NCBI RefSeq assembly: GCF_001949145.1
Contig: NW_019091357.1
Location: 4,240,228-4,304,227, forward strand
Origin: Acanthaster planci
Taxonomy: Eukaryota
Length of the DNA: 64,000 nt
Direction of reading: 5' to 3'
Shown here: positions 52,346 to 64,000 of the stretch, one piece after another
How positions within the stretch are numbered: position 1 is the stretch's first letter
Layout of the letters: every line of letters begins with the position of its first letter
Notes under the pieces: model-generated
Told to the model about the DNA's origin: nothing
The model's input: only the letters and a program-made list of their open reading frames with translations
Database searches by the model: none
Translations under genes and position numbers: made by a program

Positions 52346-53330
52346 GTAACATGCAATTTTTGACTTTTCTACTTTTCTGCTACCTCAAATGCTGAATGAC
52401 TATTCCACTGTAATGCATTTTTCCTCTTTTCTGCTACAGGTACTTCAAAAGTAGTTTTACTTTCCTCTTTTTGATGGCGGGCGAAAAGTGGCCATCTGCT
52501 TTTTGCCTGTCAAACAAGCAGGAAAGTGGATTGAACGTTTTGACGACAACCGTGAATTCAACCTTTCTGCTTTTGTGACACCGGAGAAGCAGATTTTACA
52601 TAGGTGGTCGAAAAGTGGCCATCTGCTTTTTACCTGTCAAAAAAGCAGGAAAGTGGATTGAACGTTTTGACGACAACCCTGAATTCAACTTTTATGCTTT
52701 TGTGATACCGAAGAAGCAGATTTTACATAGGTGGCCAAAAAGTGGCCATCTGATTTTCTGTTCTAAATGGGCCATGAATGGGGTCATGAACCTGTAGGTT
52801 ACCACCATTTCCGTTCTGGAGGGAGTGAAGACGTATAGAAACCAATGCTTAACCACGCTTTCTGCAGACCAATCTCATACAGCAGTATCAGTGTCCCTGT
52901 GACTGAGGCAGAGAAAACAGCATCTCAAAGGAAATACAGTTTTACAGCTACAGACACACAAGCTTGCTTGGGCCAAGGAAAACATGTGAATCTTTCATTA
53001 TAAAAGATAGAGTGGACTATAATTATTAGTTTATAGTCTTCAATCCCCAAGAACGGAAATTGTCATGACCTGAGGTTCATGACCCCGTTCACGACCCTTG
53101 GAAGGCAGAAAAGCAGATGGCCGCTTTTCGGCCATCAGCGAACAAAGAAGGCGTAAAATCTGCCTTTTTTGAAGCAAAAAAGCAGAAAAATGCACAACCA
53201 AACAATGTTCATTCTGCTTTTTGAGGTGGCAGAAAAGTAACAAAGTCGAAATTGCATGTTACCAGAACATAAAATCTGCTTTGCTACTACTCTGAGAGCA
53301 GAAAAGCAGATGGCCACTTTTCGTCCTCCA
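52346..53330. mobile_element. Foldback-like element with long modular inverted arms and an internal 127-bp tandem duplication
   Basis: Left GTAACATGCAATTTTTGACTTTTCTACTTTTCTGCTACCTCAA is inverted at 53221-53262. Inner GGGGTCATGAACCT..ATTTCCGTTCT (about 52780-52818) is inverted at about 53050-53087. Core GAAAAGTGGCCATCTGCTTTT occurs at 52483, 52610 and 52737 (period 127) and inverted at about 53109 and 53302. Confidence 0.8.
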
Positions 53331-54916
53331 TATTACCGACTCTTCTCAGAACCAACACTCACTAAAAAAGAGATATGTAAATGTTTAAGTGAGAATCAGT
53401 AAAACATCATATAGGGTACATGTACAGGACATCTACATACAGTACAAGTGGATGTATGCCACAGGCAAATGTATCGTTAACCCTCCCAAATTACATCACA
53501 AACCATACCGTCTTGTATTAAAGATGTCTTCCTCCTCCCCCCCGGCCCCCCCAAAAATTGAAATGTGAGTGTTCCCAGTGCAACATTTCAGATAAATGAA
53601 ATCATCTTCGACAAAAGGCCTCGGAGCGGGCACTAGAGAGACGTATTGGTAGCAACAACAGTCGTTTGGTGGGAACCATTTTCTCATGTACACGCAGGTT
53701 CGTGCATGTTTGTTTTAGAGCACGCATGACCAATTTCTGTTTGAATGTATGGTTTTCACACGCGCACCAGATGTGTGCAAGAGCCCGTCTGAAAAACTTC
53801 CCAATCAGCCCGTCTCTTTTTTGTCGGTGAGGGTGCACTGCAACTCGAGGCGGATTAGCCCAAGCCTCCTCTTCATTTTTCGTTACATGTGTATGTACAT
53901 GTAGGTATGCATGCTGGTGCAACACAGCTTTTGTTTTTAACGTTTACTCCATGTGTCCCCGAAACTTCCAACAAATTAATACCAGTTTTTCTAATTTCAA
54001 TAACACTCCAGTCAGGCTAACAAGGGTCTAAAGTCTAAACCTAATAATGTAAGAGAGGAACACAACCACTTTCTCTTTTTTATTGGAGGAGGCTCATATC
54101 CCCCCCCCTCTTTTTTTCCTTTTTTTCTTTTTAATTTTCAGTAATGGAACATCATTAAGCACCAACCAGAAATGGCTTGAGGCCAGGTGGAAAAAAGCCA
54201 GCATCTCGGTTCATCTGGTCCATTCTGGGGGAAACATCCAAATTGGCAATTACACACAGTGTGTGCGCCATGAATATTCAATGCAATTTTCATCGTAAGA
54301 ATATCTTGTCTATTCACCAACCCCCCAAATGTCCAGAGGGGACAGAGGCAAGGTTTCAGTGGGAATTAAGAGGGGAAAAATTAATATCTTCTTTTTTTTA
54401 ATACTTTGCATGAAGTCATTAACAGGAGTAAGGAAAAAAGCCACCAAGGACATTTCATTATCTGTAGGATAGGAACCCCACAAGCTATTTATCGCTGATT
54501 ACATTTGCTTCTGTGTCCAGGAGCTGCGTTTAGACACAACAGTAAATATGCACTGACAAGCGCAGCCAGAAAAAATTTGCATTTTTCCCCCTTCCACCGG
54601 CAGAGAGAGGAATCTCTGACAAGGCAGTCCACTGTCTTCCGAAGATTACCCCTAGAGCAGAAATGAAAAGTTAATGTTGTAGCTTGCCGTGATGAAAAAA
54701 CATTGATCATCATGCCTCTGGGATTTTAATCCAAGGCGGAAGAAATTTTATCAATTACTTTCTCTTAGAAATACTCATTTTGCATTCTATCTGCTGTGTG
54801 TGTAACAAAGAAACCTGTACACCTGTAGACATACTGTGATATATACAAAACATTTTACATGCACAGTATGCATGTATATGTAACAGCAATAAAAAGTCAA
54901 ACAAACCACTGTCAGA

Positions 54917-54960
54917 ATGGAATTTGGAAACAAATCATGGAATTTGGAAACAAATCATGG
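54917..54960 (+). repeat. Perfect 20-bp tandem duplication
   Basis: ATGGAATTTGGAAACAAATC x2 followed by ATGG. Confidence 0.95.
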
Positions 54961-55100
54961 GTACTCTATGCCACATGCGCACAAAGCGGTGTGTGGACAA
55001 ACTGCTACATCCCTACATGATGCTCCGTGATTCTGACCCTCATCCTGAGTTTCGCCTACTTGTACCCTCGAGTTGATACAAAAAACAACACGCCCAAAAA

Positions 55101-55247
55101 GGGCCTGTTTGTTTCACGAGGATATGGATCGCAATCAGTGATCTTATGCTGGTTCACTGAGACCAGAGCCAGCCTAGTGTATGTATAGCACGACCCAGCT
55201 TTGGGATCACTGATCACGATCCAGATCCGTGAGAAACAAACAGGCCC
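55101..55247. mobile_element. Palindromic MITE, PIF/Harbinger(Tourist)-like termini
   Basis: GGGCCTGTTTGTTTC / GAAACAAACAGGCCC is a perfect 15-bp TIR. Imperfect pairing continues about 50 bp inward (GGATCGCAATCAGTGATC / GATCACTGATCACGATCC). Flanks AAA / CAA. Confidence 0.75.
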
Positions 55248-55822
55248 CAAAAGAAGTGTGTGATTGGAGAAAACTGTCATCAGCTACCGGGTATAAACGG
55301 ATGGGTCTTGACATTTTGCAAAACACTAAGCAAAATTACAAACCGAACCCACAACCTTAGTCATAACGACCAGTTTGGTACATCTGAGCAAAAGACGGAA
55401 ACACCTGTGAAAACTTAGCCAGCAAAAGGTGTTCCACCTCTCCTACACAGGGGTGGCATCTTCCCTGCTAATCAGTCAGAGAAATCATTCTCCAAAAACC
55501 CATCTCCAAGACAAACTCCTTCCGGACTTTCCCCACTGCGTGTCCCGCGAAAGCAGAAGGATAATTAAAGCCGGTCCTGGGAAGACGAATTATCCTCAGC
55601 ATTGAGCCACTGTAATGGGATTGAGCAGGATTATAACACAAATCCTCCAGAGACAGCACACAGTGGGGGGGAAATTACCACCGCAAAGCCAATTTCAACA
55701 AGAACTCAGGATTAGGGCCATTAGCCTATGTCGCACTGGGTGTCAGGCGTTCGTTTGTCTAATGGATTGAGTTTTGATTCAGCTGCCGGTGATTACAATA
55801 ATCAGTGCTTTTTGCGGTCTTA

Positions 55823-56569
55823 AGGTGCGTTCAGACATGGAAACAGTTGATCCGAATGTAATTGAATTTGGGCCGAATTAAGATAAAATGTGTAGAATCC
55901 AAACTGTGCCCTCGTTCAGACGAGGAAGTTACGCCGGCAGCACCCAGCATAAAAAATAAAAAAGTTGCTCAAGTTGATCCACTGTGGTTACACAATCTCC
56001 ACGCACCTCCAGTCTCTGTGGAAGTTCCGATTACGAAAAGTGCGCCGGCGGGAAAAATTAAGCATTGGAATACATTTTGTTCCATCCACATACATAACCA
56101 GCTGAAAGGTTGGCTGTCGTATCATAGACTTGGAAACAATTGTTTCTTTCTCCCAGTCTATGGTGCTCGAGCACATGCCATGTGTACGTTACATGTAAAA
56201 CATTTTCACAGACGATCGCAAACCCTAATCATTCAGCGGCATTTTTAGTCCGTTAAAATGATGTGCATATGTCTCCGCCCAGTGTGTTGCATACGCAAAG
56301 GACCTGTAGCCTACGCATCAGATCAAATTGAATAAACTACAGCTGGAAGTAACGTGAGTTTTGTCCACACTTTAATTTGTGGCTCGTTGCTGCGGGGGAG
56401 GGGGGAGATCGTTATCTTTGACGCAACTTATGCTAATTTTTGGGAGTCCATGTTGTACCAACTTAGTGGCATAACTTACGCTACCTCGGGTGGATTAGAG
56501 CATTCAATCAGAGCAGTAACTTAATATTTTCGGATCAACCACTGTTTGGCACCTTGTCTGAACGTACCC
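55823..56569. mobile_element. Non-autonomous PIF/Harbinger DNA transposon (747 bp)
   Basis: TTA|AGGTGCGTTCAGACATGG ... CCTTGTCTGAACGTACCC|TTA, with a 3-bp TTA TSD on both sides. Subterminal inverted match AAACAGTTGATCCGAA / TTCGGATCAACCACTGTTT, and an internal CGTTCAGAC copy at about 55913. Confidence 0.8.
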
Positions 56570-59500
56570 TTAATACCTTGGTATTCCTTCTGGATGCCGG
56601 CAGATTAGTGATGGGTTCTGAGATAAATCTTGTGCAACCAACACCGATTGGTGGAAAGTTTTCACCACTTCCACAGAGGTTTATGCTAGGACTCAGGCGA
56701 AGCACAGCGAATTCAACTGGGTATAGATGCCTAGACACAGCAGGGCCACCACACTGACCCACAAGTCAATAACTTGAGCATGGGTCCTAGAGGAATGTCG
56801 TGTGTGTACATACCCTTCCCCCCCACTGGATGGCCACACAAAATGGTTTCTAATCCAGGTTGCTGGATAAGTCTACACAGGCAACTTCATGTAGAATACA
56901 CATAACATTTACTGGGCGCAAGGCAGGATTTACATGCAGATAACCAGGGACAAGGTTAATTGTGACTCTCAGCTACACATTTTGTTTATAAACAGCTACA
57001 AATTGAATGGGCTCAACTTTGGGGGGGGTTGACCAGAAGCCAAAAGTACATACATGTAAATGTATGCCACAACAGGTAGTTTATAGGATGAACCATGTAC
57101 AAGTACACGTCATTTACGTTACCTAAAGCATGTTCTAAAAGGTCAACTATTTTTTTTTAAAAATGCAATTAATTTACACAGAAGTTTTAATTTTACTTGA
57201 GCGTTTACCACAGGGAGAATGTATGAAGGTGATGGTGGTGTTCTCGTACAGGTACATGTAGTACAATGGTGTCCGTGATGAAAGTCACATGACTGTGCAC
57301 TTCCTGATCCCATTACCCATTGGCAATTGATCAGTCATTGATCACTGATTACTGGCTAATCATCAGGAATGCTCAGATTGCTCAATGCCCCCTCCTCCTC
57401 AACCGGACAGAGCAAACCATTAGCATCGAGTGCACTTTCCAGCTTCTACGCCGGTGATAAGACCTCGGCGGGTCCACTGGGAGCAGAAAATTTCATTTTG
57501 CCATCTTCCTCTTCTCTACCAATTTCTGCCGTTTCTTTTTTTCAGCCTTCTTTGGACAAGTCACGCGGATGCAGAGCTTGGCTTCTTCCTGCTTTAGTTC
57601 AGCACCCTGGAGAGACGGCTAAAATGCCCCCCCTGCCTTCCAAAAAAAAAAGGAAAAACTGGGTTATCATAAATCCGGTCCAGGGCCTAACCAGATTGGG
57701 TTCTTCTACCCGAGCGGGCATGAAGACGAGGAAGCGTTGTGGGGGCTGTTTGGACATCTCCTCCATGCCGGGGAGAGTGAGTCCAGGCCTAAGTTTGCCC
57801 CGGGGGCTGTTTTTCCAAGAGAAACCTAGAGGGATCGGGCAGGGATTTAAGTGCGCAGGACTTATTTATCTTCTTGGGAGATTGCTGATTACAAGTCCTT
57901 GAGCAAATTGTGTGATGATGATAACCAACTTTATTTTTGTTGTGGGAGCTGCAGCGTCATTCATTTTTAAGCATGTGTAATTTTCATGTCTGCGTACCTG
58001 CTCAGTAGAGCCAAATGTTATTGTTTCTAGCAAAATAAGTTCAAAACTGACTTCAAAACAGGTCCTGCTTCCTCAACAAAGATATGACGAGAATCAAACA
58101 GTTTAGTCTTTAAACTGCTATTGATTATCAATTTTCCGTCGTTCAAAAAAAGGGCTGAAAAATTTCTTCAGGGTGCTCTAAAATCTACCAGTAAATTCAT
58201 ACATGTATATCAACAAATGAAATTATCTAATAGCTGTCCCTTTCACACTCTAAGAATTCTTCGTAGAAAGAGATCCTAAATCTAATGAAAACAGTTCAAA
58301 ACACAAAAGACTACACATATGATTAATGTTAGTGAGCTACTTCATTACTTGCATAAAGAGCAATTACATTGTGCCTCGTGCATATACTGTGGCGAAGTTT
58401 ACCATTTGAACAGACGATCACTAGAGATGACACATTTAGGGCAAACTATAATACATGTATGCCAGTGCAATGTACATTTACGGCAAGCTTTTGATATATT
58501 GCGGTTATACATACAGTATGAACAACTGGGTTTGAAGTCCACATGATACTGTCGATGATTTACACACCACAAACACTTGTTGGAAGTCATACTTTAGAAA
58601 AAAAAAACCATCTGCCACCAAGTTGTTAAATCGACATCTTCGAGTTCCATGTCCAATGTCCAGACACTATCTTGTAATCACTAGGGCCCACAAGATGTTC
58701 AAACAGCAAAATCCCAACAAAATTTCAGTTCTTAATATTACTGATATCCTTCCGACAGGTCTCCACATCCCTCGTGGGGGGGGTTTCATTCCAAACTTCC
58801 CTCACTCTCCCCTTCTCTTGGGGTGACAAAATACTAGCCGGATTTCATGCATTATTCATGAACTTCCTGCACACCGAGAATGGGCAACGATTCATCAATA
58901 CCCCCTCCTGCCCCAGGGCATTTTATTACTCGTAGTTCAGTTTTTCTTAATTTTTTTTCACGTCCTCTGTCCCTTTACTTTCACACCACTGCTAAAACCT
59001 GAACACACAATCAAGGTCCCCTGGGGGGGTTTCAAACACACTGCCTGGGCTAAAAGCAGCATTGCAACCCTAAAATTTCAATTTTGCCAGTATTTTTTTT
59101 TTTCGCACGACACCGACGGAGCCCCCCTCTGATCGCCAGTGCTCAGCGACACTATCTGTAGGTTTTCTTGATATTGATCTAAACTGTCACACAGCGCTCG
59201 CACTCTGTCAGTTGCCGGCGGGGAAAATATCTCACCACCGGATGAGGCACAGATGCGGTATTAGCTGCGTTTTCATCTTTTTCCCCCGCACTCTCTCTCT
59301 CCTCGCTCTTTTCTTTCCAAGCATTTTGTTTTCTCCTCATCTCTGTTGCTAGGTCTCTTGTTCTGCTCCTAAAATGTGGTAATGTCATCTCAAATGAAGC
59401 CCCCGGGGACCCAAGGCAGATTGACTTTGCTGAGGAGAAGAGGACAGGGTGTGTTGTGAAGACAGGCCAAACATGGAGTAATATTGTGCAGGCTCCATTA

Positions 59501-62500
59501 TCGTACACAATGACTGGGGTATTGATATCCCCAAACGTCCAAAAATTCATTCAGCATATATCTCAAGAGTTCCGACCACTTGTGATTTTCTGTCAAGGTG
59601 CAAAATTGCTGCGCTCTTCAACAAAAATCACACAGTGATTTAAACCCTCCCCCAAATATAATTCCATCACAAATTCAAAGTAAGGCACATCACATGTACA
59701 CGTACCTTGTACCAGATAAAGAACGCAAGAACAAAAAAGAAATCAAAAATGTACATGTACCAAAACCAGACTGCAATTCATATAGGGTAATAACCAGTGA
59801 TCATGTGTTGAAATCCACCATAAATGTTTTCCCTGAGTTCAGAACAGTTCGGAGATAAAACTAGATTTTTGTAACAGCGGTTTAAGCTTGCACCTCTGAC
59901 TGACAACTGAAATGGACTATAATGGGAATGAGAACCATGTGCTCACCATGTGTTCTGAGAGAAACATGAATAGGAGTTAGCAGTTTCACCTCCAGCCAAT
60001 AAAAAAAATTCACCATTCGGCAGTGGCAGAAACCAAAGCTGTCCAATCCCAACCATCCTGATGGGATCATCATCAGCATCCAGCCAATCAAACTTCATCA
60101 TCAGTCATAACCCTCAGGGGCACCTGAGCAACTGCCGACCCGCACTCAAGATTTATTGCCACACTCAAGGAAACTAGCACATTGCACTTTGTTATGGAAA
60201 CTGCACACTTTCCTTCACTGTGCCCTTAACTTTGCACTCATATCTGTCCAATTTTCCCATATATATCCAAACCATCATAAACTTTTATAGTCCCTGGGTA
60301 CTTGCCCTACAGCACTTCACACTCCTGTTTTCACCCAGTTTCTGGACAGAGTTGGGAGAAAAAGAGAAGGCACATTTTTGAGCGGTTTCTCCCCTTACAT
60401 GTACATGTATCAAAGGCTTCATCTTTTAGTGGTAGTCAACTGTGGTGTTAGCACTGCACACCTCAATGAATTCTACAGGCGCTTATTGGTAATGAATGTT
60501 ATTCATTAAACGGGAAAGTTAACAAAGAGTGAATCATTGGTGAGAATGTGGCTGGTACCTCCAAGAGCGTGTCTGAAGACAAAGTAAATAATTAACTGAG
60601 ATAAGAAGTCTGGATTACTCAAATGCAATGACTGAAATTCTTGAAATGGCTGATGCAGTCATGTTGGCTCTGAGATATCCCATTACTAAACAATTCCACA
60701 AAATAATCATTTTCAGTCTTTGAACTACATGTACACGGCACATAAAATATAGGCCTACCTGCAATAAAGGCATGTAAATTATTGTACAGACTACATATAT
60801 ACATGTACAACATGTGCGTATCAAATGTGCCAATTTAGGTTTGACTGCAAAGCACATTCCATAGGGGTTGACAGAGTAACCTTGAGTTACTTAAAAGCAT
60901 TTCAGTTACGTAATTTTTCATCCTTTACTGGATGAAGTCCCCAGAAACAATAGAGTGTGCAATACACACAATCTGGGGTGTTACATCTGCACCAGTGAGA
61001 TGGAGTATAAAAACAATGACAAGAGCCGGCTGCACAGATCATGTTCCAGTGGCAGTAGAACCTCCTCCACATTCCACAAAACTCCACCTCCAAAGCACCT
61101 GCCATAATCTTATGATGGCCTCAATGGGACATTAGTTACAAATCCCCGTCCCAACTTCCTCACTTTCTTCCATGGCATGGCAAATTTTCAAAACGCCCCA
61201 ACTTTCTTTGGCAATAGCACTTTTACGCCCACCATCTAGAATTTCTCCACATGTTCAGAATCTTCTCCACGATGTCTTTAATTTTTCCACACATAAAAGC
61301 TACACAACTATCCAGGCTTGCAAGACTACTCACTCCGCACAAACGCAGACAAAAGAGCATATAGACAAAGATGTTGCTCCTAAAAGTAACTGGGGGGACT
61401 GCCTTCCTCAAACCAATACTCCAAAGTAACCATCTATCACACTTCAGCACTGCTGCACTGGGCAACATAACCCTGTCTGCACTTTCAACCCTACATGGAC
61501 AAAAACTACAAGCTACTTTAAAACTACAGCACTCACCTGAGTTACTTCCACGGAATTAGGTTTCTGCTGCTTCTGGAGTTTGCATCGAACACGACCTCCA
61601 CTCATTAAAGACGGACTGCTGATCCTTTAAAACAGACGCATTTGTGTACAGGGGATGATTAGAACAATCAATGGTAATCTTGAGGCATTAAGTGGTGCGT
61701 TCCTGCCCTGGCCGGTAATTTACCGCATCAATCAATGATACGTGCCAGTAAGCTTCTGCCTACATGCGTGTTGAGTGTGCATGCGTGTTGCAACATCACA
61801 CACATCACCTGTTTGCTTTGTTCTAACGCTAATGACATGAATCAATTACATGGAGTGCTCCCTACTGTCATCATCGCAAACAACTTATGCCTTTATACTG
61901 TCAGGAAACACTTTTAAAAAGTTACAGGTATGGCAATGTGAGGTCTCAGCTTTATTATAATCATGTCATCTCATTAACGAGCCCAAGGATTCCTTCAATG
62001 TGCCCGCAGCAATGTACCGGTAAGTTTGCAAGCCTAAAGAAATCTGGTGAGAGGAGGTACTGAAAACATGTTCAGCCTCACAGGTTGAAGGAAATCCAGA
62101 CATAAATAGTGGGGGGGGGAACCCTGAGGAATCACATAGGGACTAAATACATGTACCCAATGCACTCCCTTGGAGTGTTCTGATGACTGACAAGGCATAC
62201 TGTCCAGACCATTGAGTCCACCGGCTCTCTTCAAAATGGGACTCCCTCACAAGAGAGATCTCACAGGGTGCTAAGTACTACAAACCATCACAATGCAACA
62301 TACTTTCACCCTGCAAACCTCAAAAACAGAGAGTCTGGAGACTCTAGACTGAAACTCAAGTGCCATTACCACAGCACTGTTCACCCCCGTAAAGATTTGT
62401 GCACATTCTGACGAAATTTTCCAAGCATACTCAGCTATGCTTTATACCCACAAGCAGATACAACACATGTGTTTGCACAACAGGACATCACTCTTCCAAA

Positions 62501-64000
62501 AGGATGCAAATGTATAACAAATTAAGCACACCCTGGCAGCCAGTAAGTTAGAATCAGGTTGCTGAACTCTAAATTTATAATTACGAATGCACTTCAAAAT
62601 TTCAAAAACTTCAAAATTGGTGACACTGAGAGACGAGTGACTTTTATCGATGAAGTCCATCTACAGAGCTTTCCAGATCACACCTGGTAATCCTTCCACA
62701 GACAACTGCCCATCCAAGAAAATTACACATGCCTCAGATGATTCAATGTAATTTACAGCGCGGCAAGTGATGCGTAAACCCGGGAAGAAATTGCTGCCCA
62801 AATAAATAAAAGGAAAAATTTTTAATCCAATTGCACAAATCTTGTGCCAATCTCTGTGTGCCCCACCACGCTGTGCCGTGTGCGCGCACAGGATTAAGTC
62901 GGTAATTTGACGATGTGCCTCTGGCCACGGAGAAGTTCGCGTGGTATCCCAAGAAAAGAAAAATTCACTAATTATTCTCACTAATTGTTCCTCTGCTGAC
63001 CACTGAGGCATGTGATAGTTTCCTTCACTCCTAACTGCAGAGCACTAATCATTGCCACTCGGGTTTTAATATTCCACAGTCAATCAAAACTCGAAGAGAA
63101 GACACAAGAAGTTATGGGCTGGATTTTTTTTCATGCCATGGCGTCTGGCCCGAGGAGGCCAGGTGTCATATCATAGCTGCCATGTGATAACATCGCCCAC
63201 TGCCTTTGACGCTACGCCGACATAACCCCCTCGTTGCCTGTGTCAGGCCCTAGATAATTGAATCGACGGCGGGGTTAATCGACTCATCAATTGATTGGAG
63301 AGCTTTTGTTTCTGTGTTGGCGGGCCGGCCAGCCAGCCATCCCGTCAAAGATTGAGAAGTGGTTGTTGAGGCAAGCGAGAGTGAATGAGCGAACAAGTGA
63401 CACTGGTCAGCAACGAGAATGCATCAGGCCGATTCAGGTGCTAAACCTGGCAAACAGGAGCCATCAGCGGGGCTTAGCGAAACATTAGAGCCTGCTACTT
63501 AAACTTCCGCCATGTTTAAATTATTCATGGCTTAATCAACAGCATAAACTCTCTATGTATGTCCTTTGTCTAGACAGGATTTTCATTCCAAAAAATCAAC
63601 AATTTGAAAAGGCCAATTACCCTGTTGGCACTGCCATGGGGAAATTACGTTCAACTGCAGACACCGGGGCCGAGCAAAGCATTACCACTGCTGCAATAAT
63701 TGAAGAAATGTTAACAAATTCAGCAACTGATCAAATACATGCACAAGAAATGAAGTTAAAATTAAGGGGTGAGCCCATTTTCTGTTGACAGGAAAGCTGA
63801 AGGCACCACATGTTTACTGTTCTTTTAGATGAAAATTGCCATTAACAACTTAATGTGCAACCCTGTGCTGAATCAGCTGCTCGATGCTCAAATATGTGGG
63901 CAATCATTTCTTCTTCTTTTTTTTAAATAATACTAATACTGCAGTCGCTTTCCTGATTTCTGGAATACCTCAAGTAGAGCAAAGTGTTTGTTAGCCAAGA

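Noticed and set aside
52483..52760. Regularly spaced 21-bp repeats resembling a CRISPR array
   Set aside because: The intervening sequences are near-identical (a 127-bp tandem duplication), the context is eukaryotic and no cas genes are present.

Overview
This is eukaryotic (animal) genomic DNA and is almost entirely non-coding. It is AT-rich, has homopolymer and microsatellite runs and spliceosomal-type splice signals, and has no long ORF, operon, rRNA, tRNA or CRISPR array. The style (very frequent TACATGTA/TAGGCCTA words, patchy CpG depletion) suggests an invertebrate bilaterian, but the species cannot be named from sequence. Only one of the supplied ORFs has recognisable protein similarity: the C-terminal tail of an L2/CR1-type LINE ORF2 at about 33.4 kb. 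Supported features are that LINE 3' remnant, several non-autonomous DNA transposons (MITEs), a ~1 kb foldback repeat, mini/microsatellites and CTCF-like motifs. Four higher-order signals stand out. (1) The sequence switches sharply from CpG-rich to CpG-depleted at about 20-21 kb, coinciding with a candidate promoter, strong splice sites on both strands and a CTCF motif. (2) TA-N4-TA palindromes (TACATGTA, TACCGGTA, TAGGCCTA) are in large excess, often chained through shared TA, and look like accumulated transposon excision footprints. (3) CpG-retaining, homeodomain-site-rich islands sit inside the depleted domain, like enhancers in a large intron. (4) There is one candidate recursive splice site. 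I found no convincing novel protein-coding system; all gene-model calls are low confidence, and counts are manual and approximate.
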